64,000 nt of DNA, taken from an uncultured Chloroflexia bacterium (GTDB taxonomy: Bacteria; Chloroflexota; Limnocylindria; Limnocylindrales; CSP1-4). The translations under genes were made by a program, and so were the position numbers. Shown one piece after another: positions 1 through 10,970 of the stretch. Location: assembly GCA_963748625.1 (NCBI GenBank), contig CAVVJT010000003.1:128001-192000 (forward strand), in the 5' to 3' direction. Numbering within the stretch: the stretch's first letter is position 1; every line of letters begins with the position of its first letter. The notes under the pieces are model-generated. The model was given only the letters and a program-made list of their open reading frames with translations. It was not told the origin of the DNA and ran no database searches.

Positions 1-243
1 GCCGACGGCGGGCCAACCGACGTCGACGGGCGCGCCGCGGGCAACTGGGGCGCCTGGGAGTCCACGGGCATCGTGGATGCATCGGCCGCCTTCGGCCCCG
101 GCGCGTTCCTGCTCAACGTCCAGGCGCACACGCTATGGATCGAGAAGGCGCCGGGCGAGGACAACAACGGCGACGGCCAGCCCGACTTCACCTACAAGCG
201 CGAGGGCGGCCAGCTGATGCTGGTGCGCATCCCGGGCATCTAG
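1..243 (+). CDS. C-terminal part of a PhoX/DUF839-like secreted phosphatase (runs off window start)
   Basis: Frame 1 is open to TAG at 241-243 and reads ...GAWESTGIVDASAAFGPGAFLLNVQAHTLW...REGGQLMLVRIPGI*. WESxGIxD..FLxxVQAH resembles PhoX-like C-termini. Confidence 0.55.
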   Translation, partial: ADGGPTDVDGRAAGNWGAWESTGIVDASAAFGPGAFLLNVQAHTLWIEKAPGEDNNGDGQPDFTYKREGGQLMLVRIPGI

Positions 244-301
244 ACCTCCCACGCATTGCTGCAGGAACGGCGGGTCGCTCGCATCGCGGGGGCCCGCCGT
301 T

Positions 302-917
302 TCAGCGTCTGCGCAACCGCGCGAGCCAGGCATCGACGTGGCCGGGCTCCAGGCGCGTCTCGAGAACGGCCGCTTCGATCGCCGTGACGCGCCATCCCGT
401 CGCCGCACAGAAGGCGTCACGGATCTCCCGGCGGCGCACCCGCGCAGGCCCTCGCCCGAAGGCATTGCGGTCGCTCCAGGCCACGATGAAGGCCGTGCCA
501 CCGGTCCGCGTGACGGTGGCCAGCGTTGCGGCGTACAGCGCGCCTGTCAGCGGGCTGGAGGACGTGGAAGAGGCCGACGTCCAACACGGTGTCGAAGCCC
601 GCGCCGACTTCCATCTCCAGCTTCGGCAGGTCGAAGATGTCCGCTACCAGGAACCTCGCCGAGCCACCGCCGGCAACCGGTCGCGAGCGCGCCCGTTGGA
701 TCGCGGCATCGGCCACGTCGATCCCGGTGACGTCATGGCCGTCGGACGCCAGCAGGGTTGCGTGCAGGCCCGTCCCGCAGCCTGCGTCGAGCACGCGGTG
801 GCCCAGTGCTCCGTCGGCCATCAACTGGAGGACCGCCGGCTGGGGTCGGCCCGTCTCCCACGAAGGGGTCCCCTCGTAGGCGACGTCAAACGCTCGGGGT
901 GTCACGAGTCGCTCCAC
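302..917 (-). CDS. Class I SAM-dependent methyltransferase (frameshift near 540)
   Basis: YEGTPSWETGRPQP, VLDAGCGTG and FDTVLDVGLFH motifs. The C-terminus continues in ORF 302..484. Confidence 0.8.
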
Positions 918-987
918 GTGACGACGATACCGGGTACACCCTGCCATAAGGATGCGAGGGTAATCACCCTCGCTGGTTACAATCCTG

Positions 988-1489
988 ATGTGGATCCGCG
1001 TCCTGCAGGACTACGTGTCGCCTTGCGTTCGCTCACCGTGCCCGAAGAACCAGCTGATGCTCATCGCCGCCATGGTCTGGTGCACTGCCGGAACCATGGT
1101 GATGTTGGCCGGCATGCCACTCGAGCTCCGCCTCGCGCCCGAGCACCTCGTGCTCGTCCCCCTGGCCCTGCTTGTCTTCCTCATCTTCGACCTGCTTGGT
1201 GTTCTCGCGCCTGGTGTACAAGCACACACGCCGGATCCGCGACGCCCACGAGGAGCGTCTCCCGTTCTGGAGCTTCTTCACCGCTTCGTCGTGGGCCGTG
1301 ATGCTCGTGATGATGGCCGGGGGCGTGACACTGCGGGCCAGCCACCTCGCCCCGGACTGGGCGGTCGCGTTCTTCTACACCGGTCTCGGGACGGCGCTGT
1401 TCATCGGTGGTCTGCGGTTCATGGCGGCGTACCTGCGCAAGGACGTCCTGACAACAGCACCCGGGATCGTCCGCGCCTCGGACGACTGA
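988..1489 (+). CDS. Hypothetical 4-TM membrane protein (frameshift near 1195)
   Basis: The hydrophobic N-part (LMLIAAMVW...LALLVFLIF) joins ORF 1172..1489 (VFSRLVYKHTRRI...FYTGLGTALFIGG). Confidence 0.65.
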
Positions 1490-1635
1490 GCGGCCGCGAA
1501 CTGGTTGCCCTCCCGCGGCAGAGCCCCAGCCCGAGGCCCACCCGCACGACGAGGAAAGCCCAGGCTCCGGTCAGGCCCGTTCGTGCTCGCCTGACCCGCC
1601 GGACGTCACCCGACCCGGTCTGCGAGACTGCCTCC

Positions 1636-2427
1636 ATGACGGACCCGGCACAGGAGATACCCCTCGCGGGTGGCATGGGATCCGGTGGAGCCGTGGTCCG
1701 GGTGGGAGACACCGTCCGCAGGCCCGTGCGCCCCCATTCGCCGGCCGTGGCTGCGTTCCTGCGCCATCTCGAGGCCGCTGGCTTCCAAGGTGCCCCGAGG
1801 TACCTCGGGATCGACGAGCGCGGGCGCGAGATGCTCAGCTGGATCGACGGCGATGTCGCGCTCCCGCCGTTCCCGGCATGGGCGGGGTCCGAGGCGCTGC
1901 TCGTGGGCGTGGCGCAGCTCCAGCGGGAGCTGCAGCGGGCCGCGCGCGACTTCATCCCGCCGTCCGACGCGCGATGGGAGCGCGCCAACCTGCCGGACGC
2001 CGGTGCAGGCGCCGTCGTGTGCCACAACGACCTGTGCGTCGAGAACGTCGTGGTTCGTGACGGCACGGTGGCAGGCTTCATCGACTTCGACTTCGCCGCC
2101 CCGACGGATCCGCTGCTCGACATCGCGATCGCGGCCCGCCACTGGATCCCGGTGAGGGACCCGCGCGACATCGACCCCGGGCTCCATGGTCTTGACCAGG
2201 TCCGCAGGTTCCGGTCGTTCTGCGATGCCCACACCCTCGGGCGCCCGCAGCGACGAGCGGTGGTCGACCATCTCGAGGGCTTCCTCGACCGGGCGCTGGT
2301 GTCCATGCGGGCACGCGCGGAGTCCGGCCAGGAGGCCTATCGGAAGGCGTGGGATGCCGGGTACGAGGCCCAGAACCGGCGTTCCAAAGCCTGGCTGGCG
2401 AGCCACGTCGACGAGCTGCTCCGGTAA
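1636..2427 (+). CDS. Aminoglycoside phosphotransferase/choline kinase-like protein
   Basis: VVRVGDTVRRP, CHNDLCVENVV (HxDxxxxN) and IDFD motifs. Confidence 0.85.
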   Translation: MTDPAQEIPLAGGMGSGGAVVRVGDTVRRPVRPHSPAVAAFLRHLEAAGFQGAPRYLGIDERGREMLSWIDGDVALPPFPAWAGSEALLVGVAQLQRELQRAARDFIPPSDARWERANLPDAGAGAVVCHNDLCVENVVVRDGTVAGFIDFDFAAPTDPLLDIAIAARHWIPVRDPRDIDPGLHGLDQVRRFRSFCDAHTLGRPQRRAVVDHLEGFLDRALVSMRARAESGQEAYRKAWDAGYEAQNRRSKAWLASHVDELLR

Positions 2428-2444
2428 GGCGCCCGCGCCGGCCG

Positions 2445-2768
2445 TCAGCCCTCGTTCTTGCGAGGCGTCCACCAGGACGACCAGTAGTCGTCCCATTCGC
2501 CGTCGAAGCGCTTGCCAGTGTCGGGAGCGACATGGGCGCCCGAGGTGGACCGGCGGTCCTTGGGTGCATGCCGCAGCAGATCGTCGCGGGCGGCCGAGAG
2601 TGCCGCCATGGCATCCGTGGTGTCGCCGCCCGACACGTCGGGGTGCACCTCCCGGGCCTTCGCGCGGAACGCTCGCTGGACCTCCGCACGCGTGGCGCCA
2701 CGGTCCACGCCGAGCACTTCGTGGGGTTCCTGGGGGACGCGCTGCGACATGGCCACAGGGTCGGGCAT
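2445..2768 (-). CDS. Small J-domain (DnaJ-type) protein
   Basis: PHEVLGV...EVQRAFRAKAREVHPD with the HPD motif, and a Trp-rich C-terminal tail. Confidence 0.85.
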   Translation of the reverse strand: MPDPVAMSQRVPQEPHEVLGVDRGATRAEVQRAFRAKAREVHPDVSGGDTTDAMAALSAARDDLLRHAPKDRRSTSGAHVAPDTGKRFDGEWDDYWSSWWTPRKNEG

Positions 2769-2889
2769 GTCGAGCGTGCGGTCAATCGGCGGGCGAGCGA
2801 AGCGCCGTGGCGCGCGGAGGCTTCCCTTCTTCTGTGCTGGGGCCTGATCCCACTGGACGAGACCGGCGGCCACCCGCGACCATGCGCCG

Positions 2890-4024
2890 ATGCGCATGTC
2901 CGCCCAGGAGCTCAACCGCGCCACCCTTGCCCGCCAGCTGCTCCTCGCCCGCGAGCCGCTCGAGCCGGTCGCCGCGATGGGACGGATCGTCGCTGTGCAG
3001 GCCCAGGAGCCCGCCTCGCCGTACATCGCGCTGCACAACCGCATCGCACGGTTCGAACCGGCCGACCTCGATGAGGCCTTCGCCCGGCGCGCCATCCTCA
3101 AGGCATCACTGATGCGGATCACCCTCCACGCCGTCACGGCCGGCCGACCACCCGGTGTTCCACGAGGCGATGCAGACGTCGCTCCGTGCCGCCCGGCTCA
3201 ATGACCGCCGCTTCCAGGCGACGGGCCTGACCGCCGCCGATGCCGATGCACTCCTGCCGGCCGTCCTCGCCCATGCCGCCGAGCCCCGCTCGAACGCGGA
3301 CATGGAGGCCTGGCTCGACGCACGGCTCGGCGAGACGCCCAAGCCCGGGGTCTGGTGGGCCATGCGCCACTACGGACCGTTCGTCCATGCGCCGGTCGGC
3401 GCCACGTGGAGCTTCGGTCCGCGGCCCGCGTACCTTGCGGCGCCCGAGGCGGCACGGCCCGGGGACCGGGCGGCCGCAGTCCGCGGTCTCGCGCTGCGCT
3501 ACCTCGCCGGGTTCGGACCTGCGTCCATCGCGGACATGGGCCAGTTCTCGCTGATCTCGCGGGCGGCCATCCGAGAGGCCCTCGAGCCGGTCAGGGCCAC
3601 GATACGCATCTCGACCGGCCCGGCCGGCGAGGAGCTGCTGGACATCGCGGACGGCCTCCTGCCCGACGGGGAGACGCCGGCCCCGCCCCGTCTCATGGCG
3701 ATGTGGGACAGCGTCCTCTTCGCATATGCCGATCGCAGCCGGCTCATCCCGCCGGAGCACCGGCGTCATGTGATCAGGACCAACGGCGACACGCTCCCGA
3801 CGCTCCTCGTTGACGGACGGGTCGTCGGGGTCTGGCGTCCCACCGCTGACGGCATCGAGGCGACGGCCTTCGAGCGTCTGCCCGCGGATGCCTGGGATGG
3901 TCTGCAGGACGAGGCCAGGTCGATGCTGGCCTTGATCGAGCCGCGGGAGCCGCGCGCGTACAGCCGGTACGGACGCTGGTGGCCGACGCTCCCCGCCGAA
4001 GAGGTGCGGGTGCTGGGACGCTGA
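2890..4024 (+). CDS. AlkZ/YcaQ-family (HTH_42) DNA glycosylase (frameshift near 3140)
   Basis: LNRATLARQLLL, VQAQ catalytic QxQ, LMRITLH, RYLAGFGPAS, WDSVLFAYADRSR and TLLVDGRVVGVW motifs. Confidence 0.85.
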
Positions 4025-4057
4025 ACCGGCCCGCACGCGGGCGCCGGCGCGGGTACG

Positions 4058-5498
4058 GTGAGCGGCATCGTGGAGCGCAAGTGGCTGATCCTCACCGCGG
4101 TCTCCGTGGGCTCGCTGATGTCCACGCTCGACGGCAGCATCGTCAACATCGCCCTGCCCGCCCTGCAGCAGGACTTCGGCGTTGACCTGACCACGGTGCA
4201 GTGGGTCACGGTCGCCTACCTGCTCATGATCGGAAGCCTGCTGCTGCCGATGGGCAGGCTCGGCGAGGTGCTCACCTTCAAGCGCGTGTACCTCGGGGGC
4301 TTCGGGCTGTTCACGGTCGCGAGCGTCCTCTGCGCGCTCGCCCCGGGCGTGGCGGCGCTCATCGGCTTCCGCGTGCTCCAGGCGGTCGGCGCCGCCGCCA
4401 TCACCGCGATCGGCCCGGCGATCATCGCCCGGACGTTCCCTGGCCCGGAACGCGGTCGAGCGCTGGGCCTCAACGGGGTGAGCGTGTCCCTCGGCCTGAC
4501 GCTGGGCCCGATCCTGGGCGGGCTGCTCACCACCACGGCCGGCTGGCGCGCCATCTTCCTGATCAACCTGCCCATCGGCATCCTGGCGATCCTGTGGGCG
4601 CGCCGGGTGCTGCCACGCGAGACCCCGGGTGCAGGCGTGACCTTCGATGTCCGCGGTGCGGTGCTTTCGGGCCTCTCGCTGCTCGCGCTCCTGCTCGCGC
4701 TCTCAGAGGGCCAGGACCTCGGCTGGACGAGTCCCGCCATCGTGGGCCTGTTCGCCGTCGCCGTGGGCCTGGGCGTCGCCTTCATCGCCGTGGAACGGCG
4801 CTCCGCCCAGCCGCTGATCGACCTCGCGCTGTTCCGCATCCGGCAGTTCACCTTCGGCCTCGCGAGCGTGATCGTCGCGTTCGCGGGCCTGTTCACGGCC
4901 ACCTTCCTGCTCCCGTTCCTGCTGCAGCGGGGTGAGGGCTACACGCCGGTGCAGGCAGGGCTGCTGCTCGCCCCCGTGCCCATCGCGATGGCGATCGTCG
5001 CCCCGTTCGCCGGCGCGGCCTCCGACCGGTGGGGACCGGCCATCCCCGCCAGCGCCGGCATGGTGCTCATGGTGGTTGCCCTGCTCTCACTGACCACCCT
5101 GCGCCGTGGGTTTCACGGTCCCGGACCTGCTCTGGCGCCTGGTCATCATGGGGATCGGCCAAGGCCTGTTCATGAGCCCGAACAGCAGCGCGGTCCTGGG
5201 CTCGGTGCCCGGGCGGCGGGTGGGCACCGCGTCAGGTGTGCTGGCCCAGATGCGGGTCAACGGCCAGGCTCTCGGGATCGCGATGTCCGCGGCCGTGGTG
5301 GCGATCCGGCTGCCGGTCCACCTGGAGGCCGATGCCGCAGCCGGCGCCGCAAGCGAGGCGACCGCCCTTGTCGCCTCCATCCACGATGCGTTCGTGGTCG
5401 CAGCCGCCATCTGCGCCGTCGGCATCGTGACGAGCCTGGTCCGCGGCGGGGGTGGGCAGCGCGCGCAGCGCGTCGAGGAACCGGTCCTCACCCGCTGA
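4058..5498 (+). CDS. MFS drug:H+ antiporter, DHA2 (EmrB/QacA) family (frameshift near 5100)
   Basis: LDGSIVNIALP, WVTVAYLL and GWRAIFLINLPIG motifs. The C-terminal TMs lie in ORF 5106..5498. Confidence 0.85.
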
Positions 5499-5538
5499 GC
5501 GCAACGCAAGGCAACGCCCGCCGCCGTACCATGCGCCC

Positions 5539-6418
5539 ATGCCGACCCTGCCGTCCCCCGCCGACCTGTCCCGACCCCTCGTCGCCGATGGCGCCATGGG
5601 CACCGCGCTCTTCGCCGCCGGCATGCCCGTCGGCGAGGCGCCCGAGGCCTGGCTGCTCACGCCGGAGGGAGCTGCCGCCATCACCGCCATCCACGCCGGC
5701 CACGTCGCCGCAGGCGCCAGGCTGGTCCTCACCTCGCACCTTCGGGGCGAACCCGATCCGTCTCACCGGCTCCGAGATCGAGGGCCGCTCCGACGAGGTC
5801 TGTCGTGCGGCAGTCGCGGCCGCCCGGGCCGGTGCGGGTCCCGACGTCCTGGTCGCGGGATCCATGGGGCCGACCGGCGGCCTGCTGATCCCGTACGGCC
5901 TGCTCGACGCGGGAGAGGTGCGTGACGCCTACGCCGCCCAGGCCGCCGTCATGGCGGACGCCGGGATCGACGTGATCTGGGTCGAGACGATGATGGACCT
6001 CAACGAAGCGCTCGCGGCCGTGGACGGCGCGCGGGCCGGCGCGCCAGGACTGCCAGTCGTCGCCACGATGGTGTTCAGCCGTGGCCGGACGATGTTCGGC
6101 GACAGGCCGGCGGCGGTCGCCTCGGCGCTCGTGGAGCATGGCGTCAGCGGACTTGGCGCGAACTGCGGTGACGGCTGGGCCCCGGTGGAGGAGGTCCTGC
6201 CGGAGCTCGTCGCCGCGGCACCGGACCTGCACATCATCGCCAAGGCCAACGCCGGCATCCCGGTGGGCACCGCCGAGGGGACCACCACGTATCCGGGCAC
6301 AGAGGCCGAGGCCGCGGCCTACGCCCGCCGGGTCGCGGACATGGGCGCCACGATCATCGGGGGGTGCTGCGGGACCACCGCGGCCCATCTCGCCGCCATC
6401 GCAGGCGCCCTGGCCTGA
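5539..6418 (+). CDS. Stand-alone homocysteine S-methyltransferase domain protein (frameshift near 5735)
   Basis: LVADGAMGT, TFGAN, AGSMGPTG, GANCG and IIGGCCGTT Zn-binding motifs. Confidence 0.85.
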
Positions 6419-6557
6419 CGTCGGGCCGCATGACAGGGTGGCAGACGGCCTGTCCACTTCGGGCGGGAGCGCCGACGCCCGGCACAGCGCACCCGTGCGA
6501 CGATGCGGGAAACCGCCCGGGGGCTGCACCGCCCCGGGGCTGCAAGGTGAGGTCGGC

Positions 6558-7772
6558 ATGACAGCGGAAACGGCATCGCAGAGCGCGCTCGAGATCGAGC
6601 GGGTCGAGGCCCACGCGGCCCACAACTACCACCCCCTTCCGGTCGTCCTGGCCGAGGGCGACGGCGCGTGGGTCACCGACGTGGACGGCCGCCGCTACCT
6701 CGACCTGCTCGCGGGCTACAGCGCGCTCAACTTCGGGCACCGGCATCCGCGCCTGGTGGCCGCCGCCGAGCGGCAGCTGGGCCGTCTCACGCTGACCAGC
6801 CGCGCCTTCCACAACGACCTGCTGGGCACCTTCGCCGAGGAGCTCACGGCGCTGTGCGGCATGGACATGATGCTGCCCATGAACACGGGCGCAGAGGCGG
6901 TGGAAACGGCGCTCAAGATGGCCCGCAAGTGGGGCTACACGGTCAAGGGCGTGCCGGACGGCCAGGCGAAGATCATCGTCATGGGCGGCAACTTCCACGG
7001 CCGCACCACCACGATCGTCGGCTTCTCTGACGACGAGACCGCCCGCGACGGGTTCGGGCCGTTCGCACCCGGCTTCGTGCGTGTGCCCTACGGGGACGCC
7101 GACGCCCTGGCCGCCGCCATCGATGCCGACACGGTCGCGGTGCTCCTCGAGCCGATCCAGGGCGAGGGCGGCGTCGTCATCCCGCCCGAGGGCTACCTGC
7201 GGGCGGTCCGCGACCTGTGCACCACGAACAACGTCCTGATGCTCGCCGACGAGATCCAGTCCGGTCTCGGCCGCGCCGGGACCACCTTCGCGTGCGATCA
7301 CGAGGGCGTCGTCCCCGATGCCTACATCCTGGGCAAGGCCCTCGGCGGCGGCATCCTGCCGGTCTCCGCGGTTGTCGCGCGAGCGGACGTCATGGGCGTC
7401 TTCCACCCCGGCGAGCACGGCAGCACGTTCGGCGGCAACCCGCTCGCCTGCGCGGTGGGCATCGAGGTCGTCCGGATGCTCGCCACCGGCGAGTTCCAGG
7501 ACCGGGCCCGGGACCTGGGCGCGGAGCTGGCAGCGATGCTGGCGACGCTCCCCGCCGAGCAGGTCAGCGCCGTCCGCATCCGCGGACTGTGGGCGGGCAT
7601 CGACGTCGTCGGGCGGACGGGGCGCAGCGTCTGCGAGGGCCTGATGCGCCGCGGCGTGCTGGCCAAGGACACCCACGGCTCCACGATCCGCATGGCCCCA
7701 CCGCTGGTCATCGAGCGCGATGACCTTGCGTGGGCCGTCGAGCAGCTGCGGGCCGAGCTCGCGGAAGGCTGA
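6558..7772 (+). CDS. rocD: Ornithine--oxo-acid aminotransferase
   Basis: AHNYHPLPVV, YSALNFGH, MNTGAEAVETA, EPIQGEGG, DEIQSGLGR and LGKALGGG (PLP lysine). Confidence 0.93.
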   Translation: MTAETASQSALEIERVEAHAAHNYHPLPVVLAEGDGAWVTDVDGRRYLDLLAGYSALNFGHRHPRLVAAAERQLGRLTLTSRAFHNDLLGTFAEELTALCGMDMMLPMNTGAEAVETALKMARKWGYTVKGVPDGQAKIIVMGGNFHGRTTTIVGFSDDETARDGFGPFAPGFVRVPYGDADALAAAIDADTVAVLLEPIQGEGGVVIPPEGYLRAVRDLCTTNNVLMLADEIQSGLGRAGTTFACDHEGVVPDAYILGKALGGGILPVSAVVARADVMGVFHPGEHGSTFGGNPLACAVGIEVVRMLATGEFQDRARDLGAELAAMLATLPAEQVSAVRIRGLWAGIDVVGRTGRSVCEGLMRRGVLAKDTHGSTIRMAPPLVIERDDLAWAVEQLRAELAEG

Positions 7773-7833
7773 CCACGGGCCGCCCGGCACGACGGGCGAC
7801 GCCGCACCGGGTCCTCCGGAAGGAGTGCCGCGC

Positions 7834-8841
7834 CTACGTGATCGCCACCGGGCGCTCGATGGCGGCGTCCGGCATGAACTTGCGGTCGACCAGCACCCGG
7901 ATCACATAGCGGTTCTCGAGGCCCGCCCCGTCGAAGCTGGGCGGTACCCCGGCCGGGATGACGAGCTCCGCCTCCGCGCTGCCGGACTTCACCGCATCCG
8001 CGGTGGTGCCAACCGAGGACAGGATCCCCTCGGTGGCGTTCGGGGCGTTCGTCCGCCGGTGCAGCTCGATGCGGGCGTTGCCGCCCGGCGCCTTCGGCCA
8101 GACCGCGCGGACACGGAGGCTCGATCCCGGCGCCGCCGGCAGCGGGCTCGCGACGTGGACGGTCGCACCCTCGCCGCAATCGACGGTGTCGAGCACGGCG
8201 AGACCCCCCTGCTTGCCCACGCCGGCCTTGATCAGGTCGGGATGCTGGGCGATGGGCAGCAGGAGCGCGACGAACGCGTCATCGCCCATCGCAATGTCCC
8301 ACCGGACGTCAAGCGCCCAGGCCACGATCGCCTCGCCCAGGTGGGCGCTGGGCGGGCCGAGCCGGGGCGCCGGGACCATGAAGGTCGTCTCGAACACCTG
8401 GCCGGGCTGGAGCATGGCCGGGATCGCCGGCTCCAGGAACGCATCCTCGATGAACAGCGAGCCGTTGGCCTCGACCCAGCGCTCCGTGCGGGTGGTGTCG
8501 TCATCCACCCGGTGCTCCATGCTCTTCTGCTCCTCGACGAGGCGCAGGCCGACGAGGCGAAGCGACGCCTTGCGCGCATCGATCGGCTTGATCGCCCGGA
8601 TGCGCACGGTGCCCTCGATCCCCTCCCCCACCCGGACAGCGTGGTCGAGGATGATCTCCCCGGCGACCTGGTCCGACGACGGGCGCACGAGGTACTCGGG
8701 TGCGACGGTGTGCAGCGGATGCGAGCCCTCGGAACCCGCCAGCCGGGAGCCGTTGAGCGCATCGAACGGCTCGGGACAGCTCCCCTCGTGGCTGGAGAAG
8801 CCGAAGCTGCCGGCCGTCGACCCGAATGAGAACGAGCCCAT
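7834..8841 (-). CDS. Hypothetical protein with tandem arrestin/SpoOM-like beta-sandwich domains
   Basis: Good codon usage and an RBS (GGAG). Both halves end in similar P..PPS...WxLxV patterns typical of arrestin-like folds. Confidence 0.6.
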   Translation of the reverse strand: MGSFSFGSTAGSFGFSSHEGSCPEPFDALNGSRLAGSEGSHPLHTVAPEYLVRPSSDQVAGEIILDHAVRVGEGIEGTVRIRAIKPIDARKASLRLVGLRLVEEQKSMEHRVDDDTTRTERWVEANGSLFIEDAFLEPAIPAMLQPGQVFETTFMVPAPRLGPPSAHLGEAIVAWALDVRWDIAMGDDAFVALLLPIAQHPDLIKAGVGKQGGLAVLDTVDCGEGATVHVASPLPAAPGSSLRVRAVWPKAPGGNARIELHRRTNAPNATEGILSSVGTTADAVKSGSAEAELVIPAGVPPSFDGAGLENRYVIRVLVDRKFMPDAAIERPVAIT

Positions 8842-8853
8842 GTGTCTCTCCTG

Positions 8854-10485
8854 CTACCTGGTGAGCGCCGCTCCCGTCAGCCGTGAGGCCACGGCGCCGC
8901 GTCGTATCTTCCGGGTGTGGGTCCGCGGATAGTCGGCCTCCGGCCAGGCGACCCGCCCGGAGATCCGCTGGTGCGGCGCCAGCTTGGCGTTCGCCGCCTT
9001 GGTGGCCGCGGCCAGCGCCGCCTGCTCGTCGTCGGGCTGGACGCTGAAGGCGGCGCCCGGGCGGTACGCGAAGGCGATCGTGCCGGCGCTGTGCTCGAAC
9101 ACCACCGGCTCCACCATGCCGTGGGCCATCAGCTCGTTCTCGACATCCTCGGGGTGGACCTTCATGCCGTTGGGCATCGCGAACATCGCCCGCGACCTGC
9201 CGATCAGCCGGAGCGACCCGTCGGCGGCGAGCTCGCCCATGTCGCCGGTCCGGTACCAGCCATCGGGCGTGAAGGCGGCGGCGTTGGCCTCCGCGTCCTC
9301 CCAGTACCCGCGGAAGACGGATGGGCCGCGCACCAGGATCTCCTCGTCGGGCGCGATCCGCACCTCCAGCGGCGGCAGAGCCCATCCAACCCGACCGGGC
9401 GGCGTCGTGCCCAGGAAGTTCGTCGTCACCAGACCCGCCTCGGTGGACCCGTAGCCCTGGACCACCTCGATCCCCAGCGCCTCCCAGAGACGCTGCAGCG
9501 ACGGCGGCAGGTGGGCGGCGCTGCACATGAGGATCTGCAGCTCGCCGCCGAGCGCCTCGTGCACCCGGCGGAAGAGGCGCCGGCGCAGGCCCCGCGGCAG
9601 GTACGGCGCGATCGAGAGCGCACGGTTGAACTGCTTGGTCCGCCCGTTCTTGTCGGCCTCGCGTCGGATGGCGCCGAACAGGAGCTCCAGCACCTGGGGC
9701 ACGACGATCAGCGCGGTCGCCCGGTGCTCCCGGATGGCGGCGGCGATCAGGTCCGGCCGCAGGGTGGCGATGTACTCGGTCTCCGCGCCCGCGGCGGCTG
9801 CGTAGATGAGCCCTGCGACCTGCTCCATGATGTGCGACAGGGGCAGGATCGAGACCATCCGGTTCTCGCCGGCCGGGATCGTGGCAAGACAGCGGCGGGT
9901 CGAGGCGAGCAGCACGGACTGGTCCAGCACGGCGCCCTTGGGCGTCGCGGTCGAACCGGACGTGAAGAGGATCTCGACGGGCTCCTCTGGCGCGGCGGGC
10001 GCGCGCGCGGCAAGGGCGGCCGCCTGCTCGGGCGTCGGCGGGTCGATGAGATCGTCGAGGTCGATGACCGGCAGCGACGCGAGCCGGGGGCTGGTGGCGG
10101 GCTCGATCGTGGCGCCGGTACCCAGCAGGAACGCCGAGGCCGACGTGCGCTCCCAGATCCGCTCGATCGTCTCGGGTGTCATGCGGATGTCGAGCGGCAC
10201 GAGAATCACATTGGCGCGGGCCGCTGCGAAGATCGCGGCTGCGTACTGCGGACCCGGCGAGCCCTGGATGAACACGAGCTCGCGGGGCTCGAGCGCCTCC
10301 GCCAGGCGACTCGCCGCGTTGTCGACGGCCGTCCCGAACTCCCGGAACGTCAGCGACGCCTCGCGGGCCTTCGAGGTCCGCACGCCGAGGAACGGCCGGT
10401 CGGGGTGCTGGTGGATGGCCTGCTCGAGCAGGGCGGTGATGGTGGCCGGCAGCTCAGGGGCCGGGAACGGGCGCGGCGTTGCCAT
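8854..10485 (-). CDS. AMP-dependent acyl-CoA synthetase (long-chain fatty acid--CoA ligase-like)
   Basis: ILFTSGSTATPKG, LPLSH, QGYGSTE and WYRTGDMG motifs. TGATG overlap with the upstream VOC gene. Confidence 0.9.
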   Translation of the reverse strand: MATPRPFPAPELPATITALLEQAIHQHPDRPFLGVRTSKAREASLTFREFGTAVDNAASRLAEALEPRELVFIQGSPGPQYAAAIFAAARANVILVPLDIRMTPETIERIWERTSASAFLLGTGATIEPATSPRLASLPVIDLDDLIDPPTPEQAAALAARAPAAPEEPVEILFTSGSTATPKGAVLDQSVLLASTRRCLATIPAGENRMVSILPLSHIMEQVAGLIYAAAAGAETEYIATLRPDLIAAAIREHRATALIVVPQVLELLFGAIRREADKNGRTKQFNRALSIAPYLPRGLRRRLFRRVHEALGGELQILMCSAAHLPPSLQRLWEALGIEVVQGYGSTEAGLVTTNFLGTTPPGRVGWALPPLEVRIAPDEEILVRGPSVFRGYWEDAEANAAAFTPDGWYRTGDMGELAADGSLRLIGRSRAMFAMPNGMKVHPEDVENELMAHGMVEPVVFEHSAGTIAFAYRPGAAFSVQPDDEQAALAAATKAANAKLAPHQRISGRVAWPEADYPRTHTRKIRRGAVASRLTGAALTR

Positions 10486-10970
10486 CAGGCGTCCTTGCCC
10501 TCGTATGCAGCGCGAAGCGCGTCGACGTCGAGCCGGGTCATCGTGAGCATCGCCTCCATCGCCCGCCGGGCGCCATCGGGGTCGGGACCTCCGAGATAGT
10601 CCCCTGCCTGTTTGGGCACGACCTGCCAGGAGAGGCCGTACCGGTCCTTGAGCCAGCCGCACATGGAGTGCTCCCCACCGCCGGCGACCAGGGCCTCCCA
10701 GTAGTAGTCGGCCTCCGCCTGGTCCGCGCAGCCGATCTCGAAGGACACGGCCTCCGTGAACCGGAACTGGGGGCCGCCGTTGAGGCCGGTGAACGGCATG
10801 CCGCAGATGCTGAAGGACGCCAGCAGCACAGCGCCCTCACGAGTGCTGGGATTGTCGCCCGGCGCACGCAGGACCGAGGTCACGGCGCCCCCCGGGAAGA
10901 TCGAGGCGTAGAAGGCCGCGGCCTCCTCCGCGTTGCCGTCGAACCAGAGGTTCGGGGTGATCGAGGGCAC
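10485..10970 (-). CDS. VOC family protein (PhnB/3-demethylubiquinone methyltransferase-like)
   Basis: ITPNLWFDGNAEEAAAFY, LNGGPQF and CGWLKDRYGLSWQVVP motifs. Confidence 0.92.
   Translation of the reverse strand: MPSITPNLWFDGNAEEAAAFYASIFPGGAVTSVLRAPGDNPSTREGAVLLASFSICGMPFTGLNGGPQFRFTEAVSFEIGCADQAEADYYWEALVAGGGEHSMCGWLKDRYGLSWQVVPKQAGDYLGGPDPDGARRAMEAMLTMTRLDVDALRAAYEGKDA

Noticed and set aside
1551-1568. GAGGAAAGCCCAGGCTCC resembles the RNase P RNA conserved motif GAGGAAAGUCCGGGCUCC
   Set aside because: The intergenic space is only about 145 bp and no matching 3' conserved element was found, so it is too short for rnpB.
4058-6418. Apparent 786-aa MFS-homocysteine methyltransferase fusion (likewise 988..2427 and 26664..28880)
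   Set aside because: These are produced by frameshifts bridging separate genes, each of which has its own stop and start in another frame.
7808-7832. GGTCCTCCGGAAGGAG resembles the SRP RNA domain IV loop
   Set aside because: It lies in a ~60-bp gap between convergent genes and lacks the CAGG...AGCAG internal loop and long stem.
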